Shown here in pieces: positions 10,423 through 20,802 of a DNA stretch of 64,000 nt (positions are counted from its first letter, which is position 1; every line of letters begins with the position of its first letter). The translations under genes and the position numbers were made by a program. Origin of the DNA: Lachnospiraceae bacterium (GTDB lineage Bacteria; Bacillota; Clostridia; Lachnospirales; Lachnospiraceae); the NCBI GenBank assembly GCA_016284175.1, contig JAEEOJ010000039.1, positions 63,041 through 127,040 of the forward strand, read 5' to 3'. A model generated the notes under the pieces. It was not told the origin of the DNA and searched no databases. It worked only from the letters and a program-made list of their open reading frames with translations.

Positions 10423-11661
10423 ATGAAAATCGCAGTAGCCGGAACAGGTTATGTAGGAATGTCGATAGCAACACTTCTTGCTCAGCACAACAAGGTAGTT
10501 GCGGTAGATATCATTCAGGAAAAAGTAGATAAAATCAATAAAAGAATTTCTCCCATTCAGGATGCTGAAATAGAGGATTATCTGGCAAAAAAAGAACTGG
10601 ATCTTTATGCAACCACCGATGTTAAGGAAGCATATACAGATGCGGATTATGTTGTAATTGCCGCTCCGACCAATTATGATTCCGATCTTGACAGATTTGA
10701 CACATCCGCTGTTGAGAGCGTAATTGATGCCGTAATGGAAATTAATCCCAATGCAATCATGGTTATCAAATCCACGATTCCCGTAGGATATACCAAGAGA
10801 GTCCGCAAGGAAAAGAATTCCAAGAATATTATCTTTTCACCTGAGTTTTTAAGAGAATCCAAGGCTTTATACGACAACCTTTATCCGAGCAGAATCATTG
10901 TGGGTACCGATCCCGATGATGAAAAACTTGTGGCAGCAGCCAATGAGTTTGCAGGGCTCATAAAAGGCGGAGCAATAAAGCAGGATGTTGAAATCATGAT
11001 AATGGGCTTCTCAGAGGCTGAGGCTGTTAAGCTTTTTGCCAATACTTATCTTGCTTTGAGAGTAAGCTTCTTTAACGAGCTTGATACATATGCAGAGGTA
11101 AAGGGACTTGATTCAAGTTCCGTTATCAAAGGCGTCTGCCTCGATCCGAGAATTCAGACATTCTACAACAACCCTTCCTTCGGTTACGGCGGATACTGTC
11201 TGCCCAAGGATACAAAGCAGCTTCTGGCAAACTACAAGGATGTTCCCGAAAACCTCATTGAAGCCATCGTAAAAAGTAACAGTACCAGAAAAGATTTTAT
11301 TTCCGAGCAGATTTTAAAGAAAGCCGGATTTTATGAGAAATATCATCGCATGGATAATCCTGCAGGGGAGAGTCTTACATGCGTTATCGGTGTATACAGA
11401 CTTACAATGAAATCAAACTCCGACAACTTCCGTCAGAGTTCGATTCAGGGCATTATGAAGAGACTTAAGGCAAAAGGTGTTGAGGTTATTATTTATGAGC
11501 CCATGCTTGAAAACGGCAGCACATTCTTCGGCAGCAAAATCGTAAACGATCTCGATGAATTTAAATCAAAATGCGAAGTTATCGTGGCTAACAGATACGA
11601 TACTATTTTTGATGACGTAAAGGATAAGGTTTACACCAGAGATATTTTCCAGAGAGATTAA
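10423..11661 (+). CDS. ugd: UDP-glucose 6-dehydrogenase
   Basis: Motifs [39 protein letters not shown] and SDNFR. Confidence 0.96.
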   Translation: MKIAVAGTGYVGMSIATLLAQHNKVVAVDIIQEKVDKINKRISPIQDAEIEDYLAKKELDLYATTDVKEAYTDADYVVIAAPTNYDSDLDRFDTSAVESVIDAVMEINPNAIMVIKSTIPVGYTKRVRKEKNSKNIIFSPEFLRESKALYDNLYPSRIIVGTDPDDEKLVAAANEFAGLIKGGAIKQDVEIMIMGFSEAEAVKLFANTYLALRVSFFNELDTYAEVKGLDSSSVIKGVCLDPRIQTFYNNPSFGYGGYCLPKDTKQLLANYKDVPENLIEAIVKSNSTRKDFISEQILKKAGFYEKYHRMDNPAGESLTCVIGVYRLTMKSNSDNFRQSSIQGIMKRLKAKGVEVIIYEPMLENGSTFFGSKIVNDLDEFKSKCEVIVANRYDTIFDDVKDKVYTRDIFQRD

Positions 11662-11695
11662 AAGAATAGCAAGAACAGACAGGCAGAATTAATTA

Positions 11696-13513
11696 ATGAG
11701 TTTTAAAAGTAAGAAGATTTTATACAGAATAATAAGTGCCATGATGGGATTAATAATCGTTATCATGGCTTTTTCGTTAAATACGATTAAGGTAAATGCA
11801 GAAACGGATTACAACGCATTTCCTTCAGGATACAGAGCAAAACTTCGAGAAATAAACAGGCTTCATCCGAACTGGACATTCGTACCCTTTAATACGGGGC
11901 TTGACTGGAATACGGTTGTGGATAACGAAATGCAGGGCAACAGAAGCCTTGTGTATGTGACCTGTGATGATTCATGGAAATCCAAGGATCCCGGCGATTA
12001 TGATGCATCTACAGGCACCTATATCGGAAAGAGCGGCAAGAACTGGCTTCGTGCATCGAGAGTAGCAGTTGAATACTGCCTTAATCCCGTTAATTATCTG
12101 GACGAGTATCATGTGTTTGCTTTCGAGCAGCTTTCCTACAATCCGTCCATTCATAATGTCGACGGCGTGGAGGCTATTATTGCCAATTCGTGGATGTCTC
12201 ACAGACCACTGGAAGATCAGCCGAATATGCCGTTTAATTATTCGAATTTCTTTATTCAGGCCGCAATGGATAGCGGTGTAAGCCCTTACCATCTGGCGAG
12301 CCGTGTGCTTCAGGAGCAGGGCAGGGGTGATATTGCACATAAAGCTAATTACAACCCTCTGATAAGCGGAGAATACGGTGTTTATAACTATTACAACATC
12401 GGTGCTTACGGGAAAAACTCCGCAGAGATAATAGCTAACGGAAGAGCATATGCCGAAAACAAAGGCTGGTACACCAGAGCACTGGCTTTATCCGGCGGTG
12501 CGCAGATTATAGGCGCAGACTGGATTAACCGCGGTCAGGACACATTGTATCTTGAGAAATTTGATGTGGACTCCTCGGACGGCGGACTATATTATCACCA
12601 GTACATGCAGAATCTTCAGGCTCCGATGGCCGAAAGCGGAAGCGTATACAGAGCATACGAGGAATGCGGTGCAATCAACTCCAATTTTGTATTCAAAATT
12701 CCTGTATATAACAACATGCCCAACGAAGAACCTGAGGTTGATCACGAAAAGATCAGACAGTTTGTTACCAGACTTTACAATGTCTGCCTTGACAGAGATC
12801 CCGATGAGAAAGGCCTTGAACACTGGACCAATATACTTGCGGAAGGCCGGCAGACAGGTTCACAGGTTGGTTACGGATTTGCTTTTTCACAGGAATTTAA
12901 AAACCATAATTACTGCAACAGCTGCTATGTAAAACAGTTATATAAAGCCTTCCTTGGAAGAGAGTATGACGACAGCGGTCTCGAACACTGGGTAAGTAAA
13001 CTCAATGAAGGCAAAACGAGGGAAGAAATTCTTAACGGATTCTTATTAAGTGTGGAATTCGGAGGAATATGTGAAGAATACGGAATCGACCGCGGAACGG
13101 GAATTGAAATACCGCAGTACGGAACCGTAGCAAGAGGAACATGCGCAGGCTGTGGCGAAAGTGACAATGTCACACAGTTTATCACAAGACTCTACAGCGT
13201 ATGTTTTAACAGACTGCCTGATGAAGAAGGTCTTAACCACAACTGTACTCTTTTATGGGATCATACTATCACTGCCACGCAGATGGCACATGGCTTTATC
13301 TTCAGCCAGGAATTTATTAATCTCGGTCTGGATGACTCTGCATTCGTAGATTCTCTTTACAGATCCATGATGGATCGTGAGGCCGATGAGGAAGGTAAGA
13401 ATTACTGGATGGACAAGCTTGCCAACGGCACTTCGAGAGAAGAAGTATTTATGGGATTTGCAAAGAGTACTGAATTTAATAATCTTTGCAAGCGATACGG
13501 GGTTTCAAACTAA
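11696..13513 (+). CDS. Secreted beta-N-acetylglucosaminidase (GH73/LytD-like autolysin) with two C-terminal DUF4214 modules
   Basis: Signal peptide (VNA/E), VSPYHLASRVLQEQG, YNYYNIGA, GQDTLYLEKFD and HQYMQN. Two FVTRLY..CLDR.PD..G..W...GF..S.EF units follow. Confidence 0.85.
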   Translation: MSFKSKKILYRIISAMMGLIIVIMAFSLNTIKVNAETDYNAFPSGYRAKLREINRLHPNWTFVPFNTGLDWNTVVDNEMQGNRSLVYVTCDDSWKSKDPGDYDASTGTYIGKSGKNWLRASRVAVEYCLNPVNYLDEYHVFAFEQLSYNPSIHNVDGVEAIIANSWMSHRPLEDQPNMPFNYSNFFIQAAMDSGVSPYHLASRVLQEQGRGDIAHKANYNPLISGEYGVYNYYNIGAYGKNSAEIIANGRAYAENKGWYTRALALSGGAQIIGADWINRGQDTLYLEKFDVDSSDGGLYYHQYMQNLQAPMAESGSVYRAYEECGAINSNFVFKIPVYNNMPNEEPEVDHEKIRQFVTRLYNVCLDRDPDEKGLEHWTNILAEGRQTGSQVGYGFAFSQEFKNHNYCNSCYVKQLYKAFLGREYDDSGLEHWVSKLNEGKTREEILNGFLLSVEFGGICEEYGIDRGTGIEIPQYGTVARGTCAGCGESDNVTQFITRLYSVCFNRLPDEEGLNHNCTLLWDHTITATQMAHGFIFSQEFINLGLDDSAFVDSLYRSMMDREADEEGKNYWMDKLANGTSREEVFMGFAKSTEFNNLCKRYGVSN

Positions 13514-15235
13514 ATGGCGATTATCTGGAATATTGTTTTGTTTATCGGTATATTGTTCTCTTCAGCCTGGGTTTCGTTTTTCCTGGGAAATAACCAGCCG
13601 GTTTTAATTGTACTGGCGTCAGTTTTGGTATTTCTTTTATACCGAAAATACATAACAAGCAGGGCAATCGGAAAGAACTGGATATTTATAGTTTTTTCCG
13701 TATTGTTCTCAACCGCTTTTATTATGGGAAAGCAGGTTAATTACCACTTAATATTCGACGGGATGGATCAGAATTATATCGTAATAGGCAAAAAGGCGAT
13801 TCTTGCGACGGTAACGCTGTCCTTCCTTCTTTTTCCCGTATTCACTAAAATTTCAGACTTAATAAAAGGGATAAATCTGAAAAATGACACGGATAAAAAA
13901 TTATTGAAAGATCCTGTATTTTTCTTTATATCCTGGGCAATAATTCTTATATCATGGCTTCCTTATCTGCTTGCCTTTTATCCGGGCGGCATTGTCGGTG
14001 ACGGTTCCGTGACCCTAAAAGAAGCAATGGTTCCGGGTTTCCCCAAAACAAATCACTGGGTTATTTTCGTAATACTGGTATTCAAATTTTACCTCTGGCT
14101 CGGAAGCAAAATCAGTGCGGATATTAATGTTGCAGTCTTTTTGTATGTATTGACGCAGTATATCTTTTTCTCGGCTGTCTGTGCATTCGTGGCATATAAA
14201 CTCCGCAAAAAACAGGCTCCGCTGTTTTTTAGTTGGGGAACTGTATTTATGTATGCGGTTTCGGGCTTTTTTGCTTCATACGCTACGGCTCTCTGGAAGG
14301 ATGCGGTCTTCTCTGCGTTCATTGTTCTTTTGATTTTAATGCTTTTTGATTTAAAAGAAGACGGAAAAATTACCGTAGGATATGCGGTTAAGCTTGGATT
14401 AATTGAACTGTTTTTATGCTTTTGGAGAAACAACGGTTTACACATATTACTGATTACTCTTGTCTTCCTTTTGATTATTTTACGAAAAAAAGCGTTATTA
14501 TTAATGATTCCGAGCATAATTGTGATTTTATGCACCCTCATTATTCAGGGCCCCGTATATAATGCGCTCGGAGTAAAAAAGGATACTGTTATTCAGTCAT
14601 TTTCAGTTCCTGTTCAGCAGATTGCGGCAGTTATCGGTGAAGGCAAAGAGTTGTCTGCAGAGCAGAAGGAAGTTTTATTTAATATCATTCCCGAAGAAAC
14701 CTGGAAGGAAGAATATTCTCCCGCATTAAGCGATGATTTAAAAAACAGTTCAAATCAGGAATATTTAAACGCTCATAAAAAAGAATTTCTTATAGTATGG
14801 GCTCAGCTTCTGATCCCTAATTTCCCGACATATGTCAAAGCATACATGATGCAGACGCTTGGCTTCTGGCAGCCGGGAGTATCCCGCGGAGAGTATTATG
14901 ATTACTGGGTCGGCATTCAGGATATATTCGATGACGGCTATGTTAATACGGATTATGTGAATAAACTGACAGGATTACACATTCAGGATAACTTGAAAAA
15001 CATGATGAAATTCATTCCTTCGGGAACAATTGTCTGGTTGATGTGGTTTTCGGTGGCACTGATTATAAATCAGCGAAAAGACGTTAAAAAAAGGCTGATT
15101 GTATTCCTTCCGTTAATAGCATGCTGGGGCATTATCATGCTTGCGACACCCATTGCTTATGCATACAGATATATTTTTATGATTCCGCTTGCATTTCCCG
15201 TAATTTGTTTCCTGCCGTTTTATCACGCAGATTGA
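13514..15235 (+). CDS. DUF6020-family polytopic membrane protein (GT-C-like)
   Basis: Motifs AFYPGG..GD, NHW, WKD, RNNG, VPVQQIAA and RY near the C-terminus. Paralog of 55415..57118. Confidence 0.75.
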   Translation: MAIIWNIVLFIGILFSSAWVSFFLGNNQPVLIVLASVLVFLLYRKYITSRAIGKNWIFIVFSVLFSTAFIMGKQVNYHLIFDGMDQNYIVIGKKAILATVTLSFLLFPVFTKISDLIKGINLKNDTDKKLLKDPVFFFISWAIILISWLPYLLAFYPGGIVGDGSVTLKEAMVPGFPKTNHWVIFVILVFKFYLWLGSKISADINVAVFLYVLTQYIFFSAVCAFVAYKLRKKQAPLFFSWGTVFMYAVSGFFASYATALWKDAVFSAFIVLLILMLFDLKEDGKITVGYAVKLGLIELFLCFWRNNGLHILLITLVFLLIILRKKALLLMIPSIIVILCTLIIQGPVYNALGVKKDTVIQSFSVPVQQIAAVIGEGKELSAEQKEVLFNIIPEETWKEEYSPALSDDLKNSSNQEYLNAHKKEFLIVWAQLLIPNFPTYVKAYMMQTLGFWQPGVSRGEYYDYWVGIQDIFDDGYVNTDYVNKLTGLHIQDNLKNMMKFIPSGTIVWLMWFSVALIINQRKDVKKRLIVFLPLIACWGIIMLATPIAYAYRYIFMIPLAFPVICFLPFYHAD

Positions 15236-15260
15236 TTTTATAAGCATTTTTTGGTATATT
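15232..15260 (+). promoter_or_regulatory. sigmaA promoter for the beta-helix/DUF4214 gene
   Basis: TTGATT-17 bp-TATATT with TG extension. Confidence 0.6.
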
Positions 15261-15312
15261 TAATGTATTGATTTTTGGTATCTTTTCTTTAGAAGAGGGG
15301 ACGGAGGTTTAT

Positions 15313-17877
15313 ATGAAAGAAGCAAAAAAAATACTGTCAACATTGGCCTTATCGATTTTGGTTTTTGTAGCGGCTTTGGGAATGTTTTCCATAAAGGTTG
15401 AAGCTAAAAATGCTTCGGATGCGGTAGCTGCCAATCCCGGCGGATTAGTCCACATTGACGGAAGCAGATTAATTATCGAACAGGATGGGGTTACGCTTGA
15501 TGGTTATGATTTAAACGGATATAACGTATATATCAAAGCAAAAAATGTCACACTTAAAAAGTGCTCAAATATTACATTCATTACTGTTGCTAAAGAAAGT
15601 AAAAATGTAACCGTATCCGGAAATACAATTATAGGTTCTACGGTACACGGAATTATAGTGGACGCCGATGGAACCAAGATTAAAGGTAATACCATCAGCG
15701 GTACTACGGGTACAGGTATTCATTTAAGCAAAGTTTCCAATTGTGAAATCAGTAAGAATAAGGTTTCCGGAAATGCCGGCGGTCATGCGATATATGTTAG
15801 TAATTGTAAAAATATAACTATTTCGGAAAACACTGTTTCGAATTCCAATCATTATGGTATTTCGCTTGTAGGCGACAATGGTTCAATTCTAAAAAATAAC
15901 ACTGTTAAAAACAGCGCCTGTGACAAAACCAAACTTACGACAGCGAATCATGGTGACGGTATTCTTTTGGACACAGGATGTAACGGTACGCAGGTTATAG
16001 GTAATACTGTTGACAAAGTCGGTTCTCTTCAGACAAGTTACGGTAACGGCCTCATCGTCGGACATGATTGCGTTAATATAGTAGTCAAAGACAATAAGGT
16101 ATCAAATGCAGGATGGTACGGAATCCAGGTTACATATAAAGCTCAGAATATTTCTGTTGAAAACAATACTGTCTGGAATTCTTCCAGTCACGGAATAAGT
16201 GTTTCCAGAGATTCTTATGCAAACTTAAGCGGAAACATAGTATACAGCAGTGGCGGTCACGGAATAGTTTACGACGGACAGGGACATACAGACGGATACA
16301 CCCGCGTAAAAGGTACTGCAAGTAATAATGAATGCTATGGCAACAAACAGTGCGGTATTTATATTGTTGATGCTGACATTACAGTTTCAAATAATAACTT
16401 TCATAATAACGAATGGGCAGGAATCAGAGTTGAAGGATCGGCAGTTACAACGATTAATTCCAATACCCTTGCAGATAACGGATCTACAACGGGATTACAT
16501 TTCCTTGGCTCATCCACAAATACGGTTTCTTCAAACTTTATTTATAAATCAAGTCCGGATCTTAATTCAGTCGGCATCAGACTTGAAGAGACTTCATTTG
16601 CCGACCTTACCGGCAACAGAATAGCAAATTACGGTGAATCAGCCGTATTTGCAGCTGCCACCGCAAAGGTTACCATGAAAAACAATCAGGCATCGATTGC
16701 CCGTAAAGAGGGCTTTAAAGAATACAACTATGTATACTTTATCTCTCAGAGTACGGCATCCGATCCCAGTCTTCACAATCATTTATATGTCAGAGAGATT
16801 ACTACCACATCGGTAAAAGGCCAGACCTTCTATCTTGATTACACATCTGGTGCGGTAGCAGGGGGAAAGGTTTATAAAACCAAATCACAGACTGTAGATG
16901 CTCAGGTAAATATTTACGTTACATTCCCGGCTCAGAGCAGTACCGATAATATAGTATTGTTCACGGTAGACAATAACGGAAACTCTATTTGTATCAATGC
17001 AGCAAAAGATTTTGTATTAGATCTTTCAAACAGCGAAAACAAAGCTCAGGTTACTGCCTTTGTAAAAAGATTCTACAAAGAAGTACTCGGAAGACCTCAG
17101 GCACAAATTGATGCCGATACTGACGGTATCAACACCTGGACGAATGCACTTTTATCAGGATCTCAGTCGGGTGCAGAAGTTGCTTACGGATTTGTAAACA
17201 GTGCAGAATTCAGAAACAGAGATTTAAATAACGATCAGTTCTTAAAAACAATGTATTTAGCGTTCTTTAACAGAGAACCTGATGAAGACGGATATAACGG
17301 ATGGTACAAGGATTTGCAGAACGGATCCAAGACCAGACTTCAGGTTTTTGAAGGCTTTGTCAAATCAGGTGAGTTCAAAACACTTTGTGCAAACTATGGA
17401 ATCGATCCCGGAACCTATACAGCTCCGGCTAAACCTCAGGATCCTGCATTAAAGCCTCTTAATGTTGATACTTCAGGCGTAAATGAACCTCAGTTAAATG
17501 CTTTTGTAGAAAGACTTTATGACAAGGCTCTTGACAGATCTTCTGATGAAGGCGGTAAAGCATACTGGAAAGGCTGTATCTTAAACGGAAAAGACGATCA
17601 GGGCAGAGAATACGATATAAGAACTGTTATCTCCAAAGGTTTCCTTAACTCTCAGGAATACAAGAACAGAGACAGAAATAATGCAGAATTCGTATTAGAC
17701 TGCTATGCTGCATTCTTTGACAGAAATCCCGTAGGAACGCCTGATGAGCCTAACTACTGGAACTGGGTACAGCAGTTAAATAACGGGCTTTCAAGACAGC
17801 AGCTAATCGAGAACGGATTCGGTAACTCCAAGGAATTCAGGAACCTGATTGAGAGTTACGGATTTGTAATTAAATAA
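15313..17877 (+). CDS. Secreted right-handed parallel beta-helix protein with two C-terminal DUF4214 modules (gene A)
   Basis: ATG 15313 follows GGAGG (the ORF track starts at 15268). Signal peptide VEA/K, about 15 PbH1-like G-I-x-V...N-x-I/V repeats, then the DUF4214 tandem. Confidence 0.85.
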   Translation: MKEAKKILSTLALSILVFVAALGMFSIKVEAKNASDAVAANPGGLVHIDGSRLIIEQDGVTLDGYDLNGYNVYIKAKNVTLKKCSNITFITVAKESKNVTVSGNTIIGSTVHGIIVDADGTKIKGNTISGTTGTGIHLSKVSNCEISKNKVSGNAGGHAIYVSNCKNITISENTVSNSNHYGISLVGDNGSILKNNTVKNSACDKTKLTTANHGDGILLDTGCNGTQVIGNTVDKVGSLQTSYGNGLIVGHDCVNIVVKDNKVSNAGWYGIQVTYKAQNISVENNTVWNSSSHGISVSRDSYANLSGNIVYSSGGHGIVYDGQGHTDGYTRVKGTASNNECYGNKQCGIYIVDADITVSNNNFHNNEWAGIRVEGSAVTTINSNTLADNGSTTGLHFLGSSTNTVSSNFIYKSSPDLNSVGIRLEETSFADLTGNRIANYGESAVFAAATAKVTMKNNQASIARKEGFKEYNYVYFISQSTASDPSLHNHLYVREITTTSVKGQTFYLDYTSGAVAGGKVYKTKSQTVDAQVNIYVTFPAQSSTDNIVLFTVDNNGNSICINAAKDFVLDLSNSENKAQVTAFVKRFYKEVLGRPQAQIDADTDGINTWTNALLSGSQSGAEVAYGFVNSAEFRNRDLNNDQFLKTMYLAFFNREPDEDGYNGWYKDLQNGSKTRLQVFEGFVKSGEFKTLCANYGIDPGTYTAPAKPQDPALKPLNVDTSGVNEPQLNAFVERLYDKALDRSSDEGGKAYWKGCILNGKDDQGREYDIRTVISKGFLNSQEYKNRDRNNAEFVLDCYAAFFDRNPVGTPDEPNYWNWVQQLNNGLSRQQLIENGFGNSKEFRNLIESYGFVIK
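17557..17877 (+). repeat. Dispersed ~320-bp repeat encoding the terminal DUF4214 module (copy 1)
   Basis: Near-identical to 25369-25689, 27290-27610 and the reverse complement of 30312-30635. Confidence 0.9.
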
Positions 17878-17900
17878 TTCTATCAACAGAGGAATATATT

Positions 17901-18848
17901 TTGAAAAAAGCTTTGATAATAGGCGCAGCAGGCTTTGTGGGCAATTATCTGATTGACCATTTGGCCAATGACAAAGGGATGGAGGTATATGCCACCAAAC
18001 TGGCACATGAAGTCCTTGATAATCCCAATGCAACAGTCTGCGACCTGAACATTCTCGAAAAACAGGAAATAGTAGATGTTCTTTTTAAGATAAGACCGGA
18101 CTATATTTTCCATCTGGCAGCACAGAGTTCGGTGGGTGTTGCATGGAAAAATCCTTCACTTACAATCGACGTTAACATTAAAGGCAGCGTCAATGTAATG
18201 GATGCCATCAGGGAACTCTATTACAAGCCCAGAGTCCTTTTAATCGGCTCAGGCGAGGAATACGGTCATATCAGACCGGGAGAGACTCCCATAAGCGAAG
18301 AAAACAATCTTCGTCCCGGAAATATCTATGCGGCAACCAAAGCATGTCAGAACATGATAGGCAGTATTTATGCCAAGGCTTACGACATGGACCTTATGAT
18401 GGTAAGAGCATTTAACCACATAGGACCGAATCAGCTTCCGATATTCGTTGTGGCTGATTTCTGCAAGCAGGTAGTCGAAATAGAAAAGGGATTAAGAGAG
18501 CCGGTAATGCATGTGGGCAATCTTAAGGCTCAGAGAGATTTCTCAGACGTAAGAGATGTTGTCAGAGCTTATGCGCTTCTTATCGAAAAGGGAGAAAAAG
18601 GTGAGACCTACAATGTCGGTTCAGGCCATGCGGTAGCGATTCAGGATATTCTGGATTTAATACTTTCAAAGTCTTCGGCTGACATTAAAGTTGAAGTTGA
18701 TCCCGCCAAGATTCGTCCCGTTGATGTTCCCATCATTGAGGCTGACACAACGAAGATTAACAAAGCTACGGGCTGGAAGACGGAGATACCCTTGGCGCAG
18801 ACTATTGAGGAGACTCTAAATTATTGGAGGGAAAAAATAAATGAGTGA
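17901..18848 (+). CDS. rmd: GDP-4-dehydro-6-deoxy-D-mannose reductase (GDP-D-rhamnose synthase)
   Basis: Motifs GAAGFVG, PDYIFHLAAQSSV..AW, IGSGEEYG, YAATK, RAFNHIGP, DFCKQ and GNL...RDF.DVRD resemble Aneurinibacillus Rmd as recalled. TTG start. Confidence 0.8.
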   Translation: MKKALIIGAAGFVGNYLIDHLANDKGMEVYATKLAHEVLDNPNATVCDLNILEKQEIVDVLFKIRPDYIFHLAAQSSVGVAWKNPSLTIDVNIKGSVNVMDAIRELYYKPRVLLIGSGEEYGHIRPGETPISEENNLRPGNIYAATKACQNMIGSIYAKAYDMDLMMVRAFNHIGPNQLPIFVVADFCKQVVEIEKGLREPVMHVGNLKAQRDFSDVRDVVRAYALLIEKGEKGETYNVGSGHAVAIQDILDLILSKSSADIKVEVDPAKIRPVDVPIIEADTTKINKATGWKTEIPLAQTIEETLNYWREKINE

Positions 18849-19722
18849 TACTTCAAGCAGATTTTTTTCCAATCAGGGCATAACACAGTCGACAAGATTT
18901 ATTCATACACCGGGCGACTTTGCACTTAACAGTCTTTTATATGTGCAGGAAGCAGGCGTACTTAAAAGCTTAAGACCGCACACAAGTTCCAGAGAGGGAC
19001 TCGAATCGATTCTTTTTATCACCATAAAAGACGGTGAAGGTTTTGTAAGGGTTTCCGGTCAGGAATATTCCGTAAAGAGCGGTGACTGCATTCTTTTAAA
19101 CTGTATGGAAAAATACGAGCATGAGAGCAGTGAAAGCAAACCCTGGGAACTTTCATGGGTACACTTTTACGGAAAGACGGCAGTTAGCTTTTATGAGCTG
19201 TTCTTAAAAGAAAATAAAAACTCAAACATCTTCACACCGCAGGAAACAGAAGGCTATGTAAAGATGATTGAAAACCTCATGGCGCTTTGCAATGATAAAA
19301 GCGTGATGTCGGAAATATATGCCAACGAGACGCTTACGGAAATGCTGACCGAGATTATTTCCGATGTAACTTCCATCGCATCCGAACCCAGTGATATAGA
19401 TGTTTCTTTAATCAGAACGTTTCTTAACGAAAATTATGCTTCTGATGCAGCGGTTTCGGATATTTGCAATAAGATCGGAGTTAATGAAAATCTTGCAGAA
19501 GAGGCTTTTGAGAATGCATACGGCATAGGTATGTCGGAATATCTTAAAATCAGAAGACTGAATGTCGCAAAAGAAATGCTCAGATTTACCATTGAACCCG
19601 AAACTAAAATTGCTGACGAGTGTGGCATTAAGGATTACAATGATTTCATAAAAATGTTTGTTGATGCTGAAGGTATGACACCTGAAGTATACAGAAGCAA
19701 ATGGGCTCAGTGGATAAAATAA
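18841..19722 (+). CDS. AraC-family regulator (cupin plus double HTH, with atypical HTH)
   Basis: Cupin region with PWELSWVHF, then RRLNVAKEMLRFT...IADECGI...EGMTPEVYR. Overlaps rmd by 8 bp. Confidence 0.85.
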   Translation: MSDTSSRFFSNQGITQSTRFIHTPGDFALNSLLYVQEAGVLKSLRPHTSSREGLESILFITIKDGEGFVRVSGQEYSVKSGDCILLNCMEKYEHESSESKPWELSWVHFYGKTAVSFYELFLKENKNSNIFTPQETEGYVKMIENLMALCNDKSVMSEIYANETLTEMLTEIISDVTSIASEPSDIDVSLIRTFLNENYASDAAVSDICNKIGVNENLAEEAFENAYGIGMSEYLKIRRLNVAKEMLRFTIEPETKIADECGIKDYNDFIKMFVDAEGMTPEVYRSKWAQWIK

Positions 19723-19752
19723 ATCAGATAAAAAACATTAAGGAGATAAATA

Positions 19753-20793
19753 ATGAAAAAAGCATTAATTACCGGTATTACCGGTCAGGACGGTTCTTAT
19801 CTTGCAGAACTCCTGCTTGAGAAGGGATATGAAGTTCACGGAATTACACGTCGTGCATCTATTGCAAATACAGGACGTATTGCTCATATCTTAGACAAGA
19901 TTACTCTTCATGACGGAGATTTATCCGACAGTACTTCTCTTATCAGAATCATCGGTGTAGTTAAACCTGATGAAATTTACAACCTTGCAGCACAGTCACA
20001 TGTTCAGGTATCATTCGATGTTCCCGAATATTCAGGTGATGTTGATGCAATCGGTGTTTTAAGAATTCTTGAAGCAGTAAGAATGCTCGGACTTGAAAAA
20101 ACAACCAAGATTTATCAGGCTTCCACATCCGAACTTTACGGTAAGGTTGAAGAAGTTCCTCAGTCAGAAACCACACCTTTCCATCCTTACTCACCTTACG
20201 CTATTGCAAAGCAGTATGGTTTCTGGATGATGAAGGAATACAGAGAAGCATACGGAATGTTCTGTGTAAACGGTATTCTCTTTAACCATGAGTCCGAAAG
20301 AAGAGGAGAGACATTCGTTACAAGAAAGATTACTCTTGCAGCAGGACGTATCGCAGAAGGCCTTCAGGATCATCTTGAACTCGGTAATATGGATTCTCTT
20401 CGTGACTGGGGCTACGCTAAGGATTACGTTGAGTGTATGTGGCTTATCATGCAGCAGGATACTCCCGATGATTTCGTAATCGCTACAGGCGAACAGCACA
20501 CAGTAAGAGACTTCACAGAGAAGGCATTTGCAGCTAACGGCATTACCATTCGCTGGGAAGGAAGCGGAGTAGACGAGAAGGGCTACGATGCAGCTACAGG
20601 AAAGATGCTTGTATGTGTAAATCCTCAGTGGTTCAGACCTACAGATGTAGACAACCTCTGGGGCAATCCTACAAAGGCTAAAACAGTTCTCGGATGGAAT
20701 CCTCAGAAGACATCCTACGAAGAACTCGTAAAAATAATGGCAGAGCATGACAGAGAACTTGCTAAAAGAGAAAAGGCTCTTGCAAACGCATAA
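19753..20793 (+). CDS. gmd: GDP-mannose 4,6-dehydratase
   Basis: Motifs [39 protein letters not shown] and RDWG. Confidence 0.97.
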   Translation: MKKALITGITGQDGSYLAELLLEKGYEVHGITRRASIANTGRIAHILDKITLHDGDLSDSTSLIRIIGVVKPDEIYNLAAQSHVQVSFDVPEYSGDVDAIGVLRILEAVRMLGLEKTTKIYQASTSELYGKVEEVPQSETTPFHPYSPYAIAKQYGFWMMKEYREAYGMFCVNGILFNHESERRGETFVTRKITLAAGRIAEGLQDHLELGNMDSLRDWGYAKDYVECMWLIMQQDTPDDFVIATGEQHTVRDFTEKAFAANGITIRWEGSGVDEKGYDAATGKMLVCVNPQWFRPTDVDNLWGNPTKAKTVLGWNPQKTSYEELVKIMAEHDRELAKREKALANA

Positions 20794-20802
20794 ATTTTAA
20801 CT

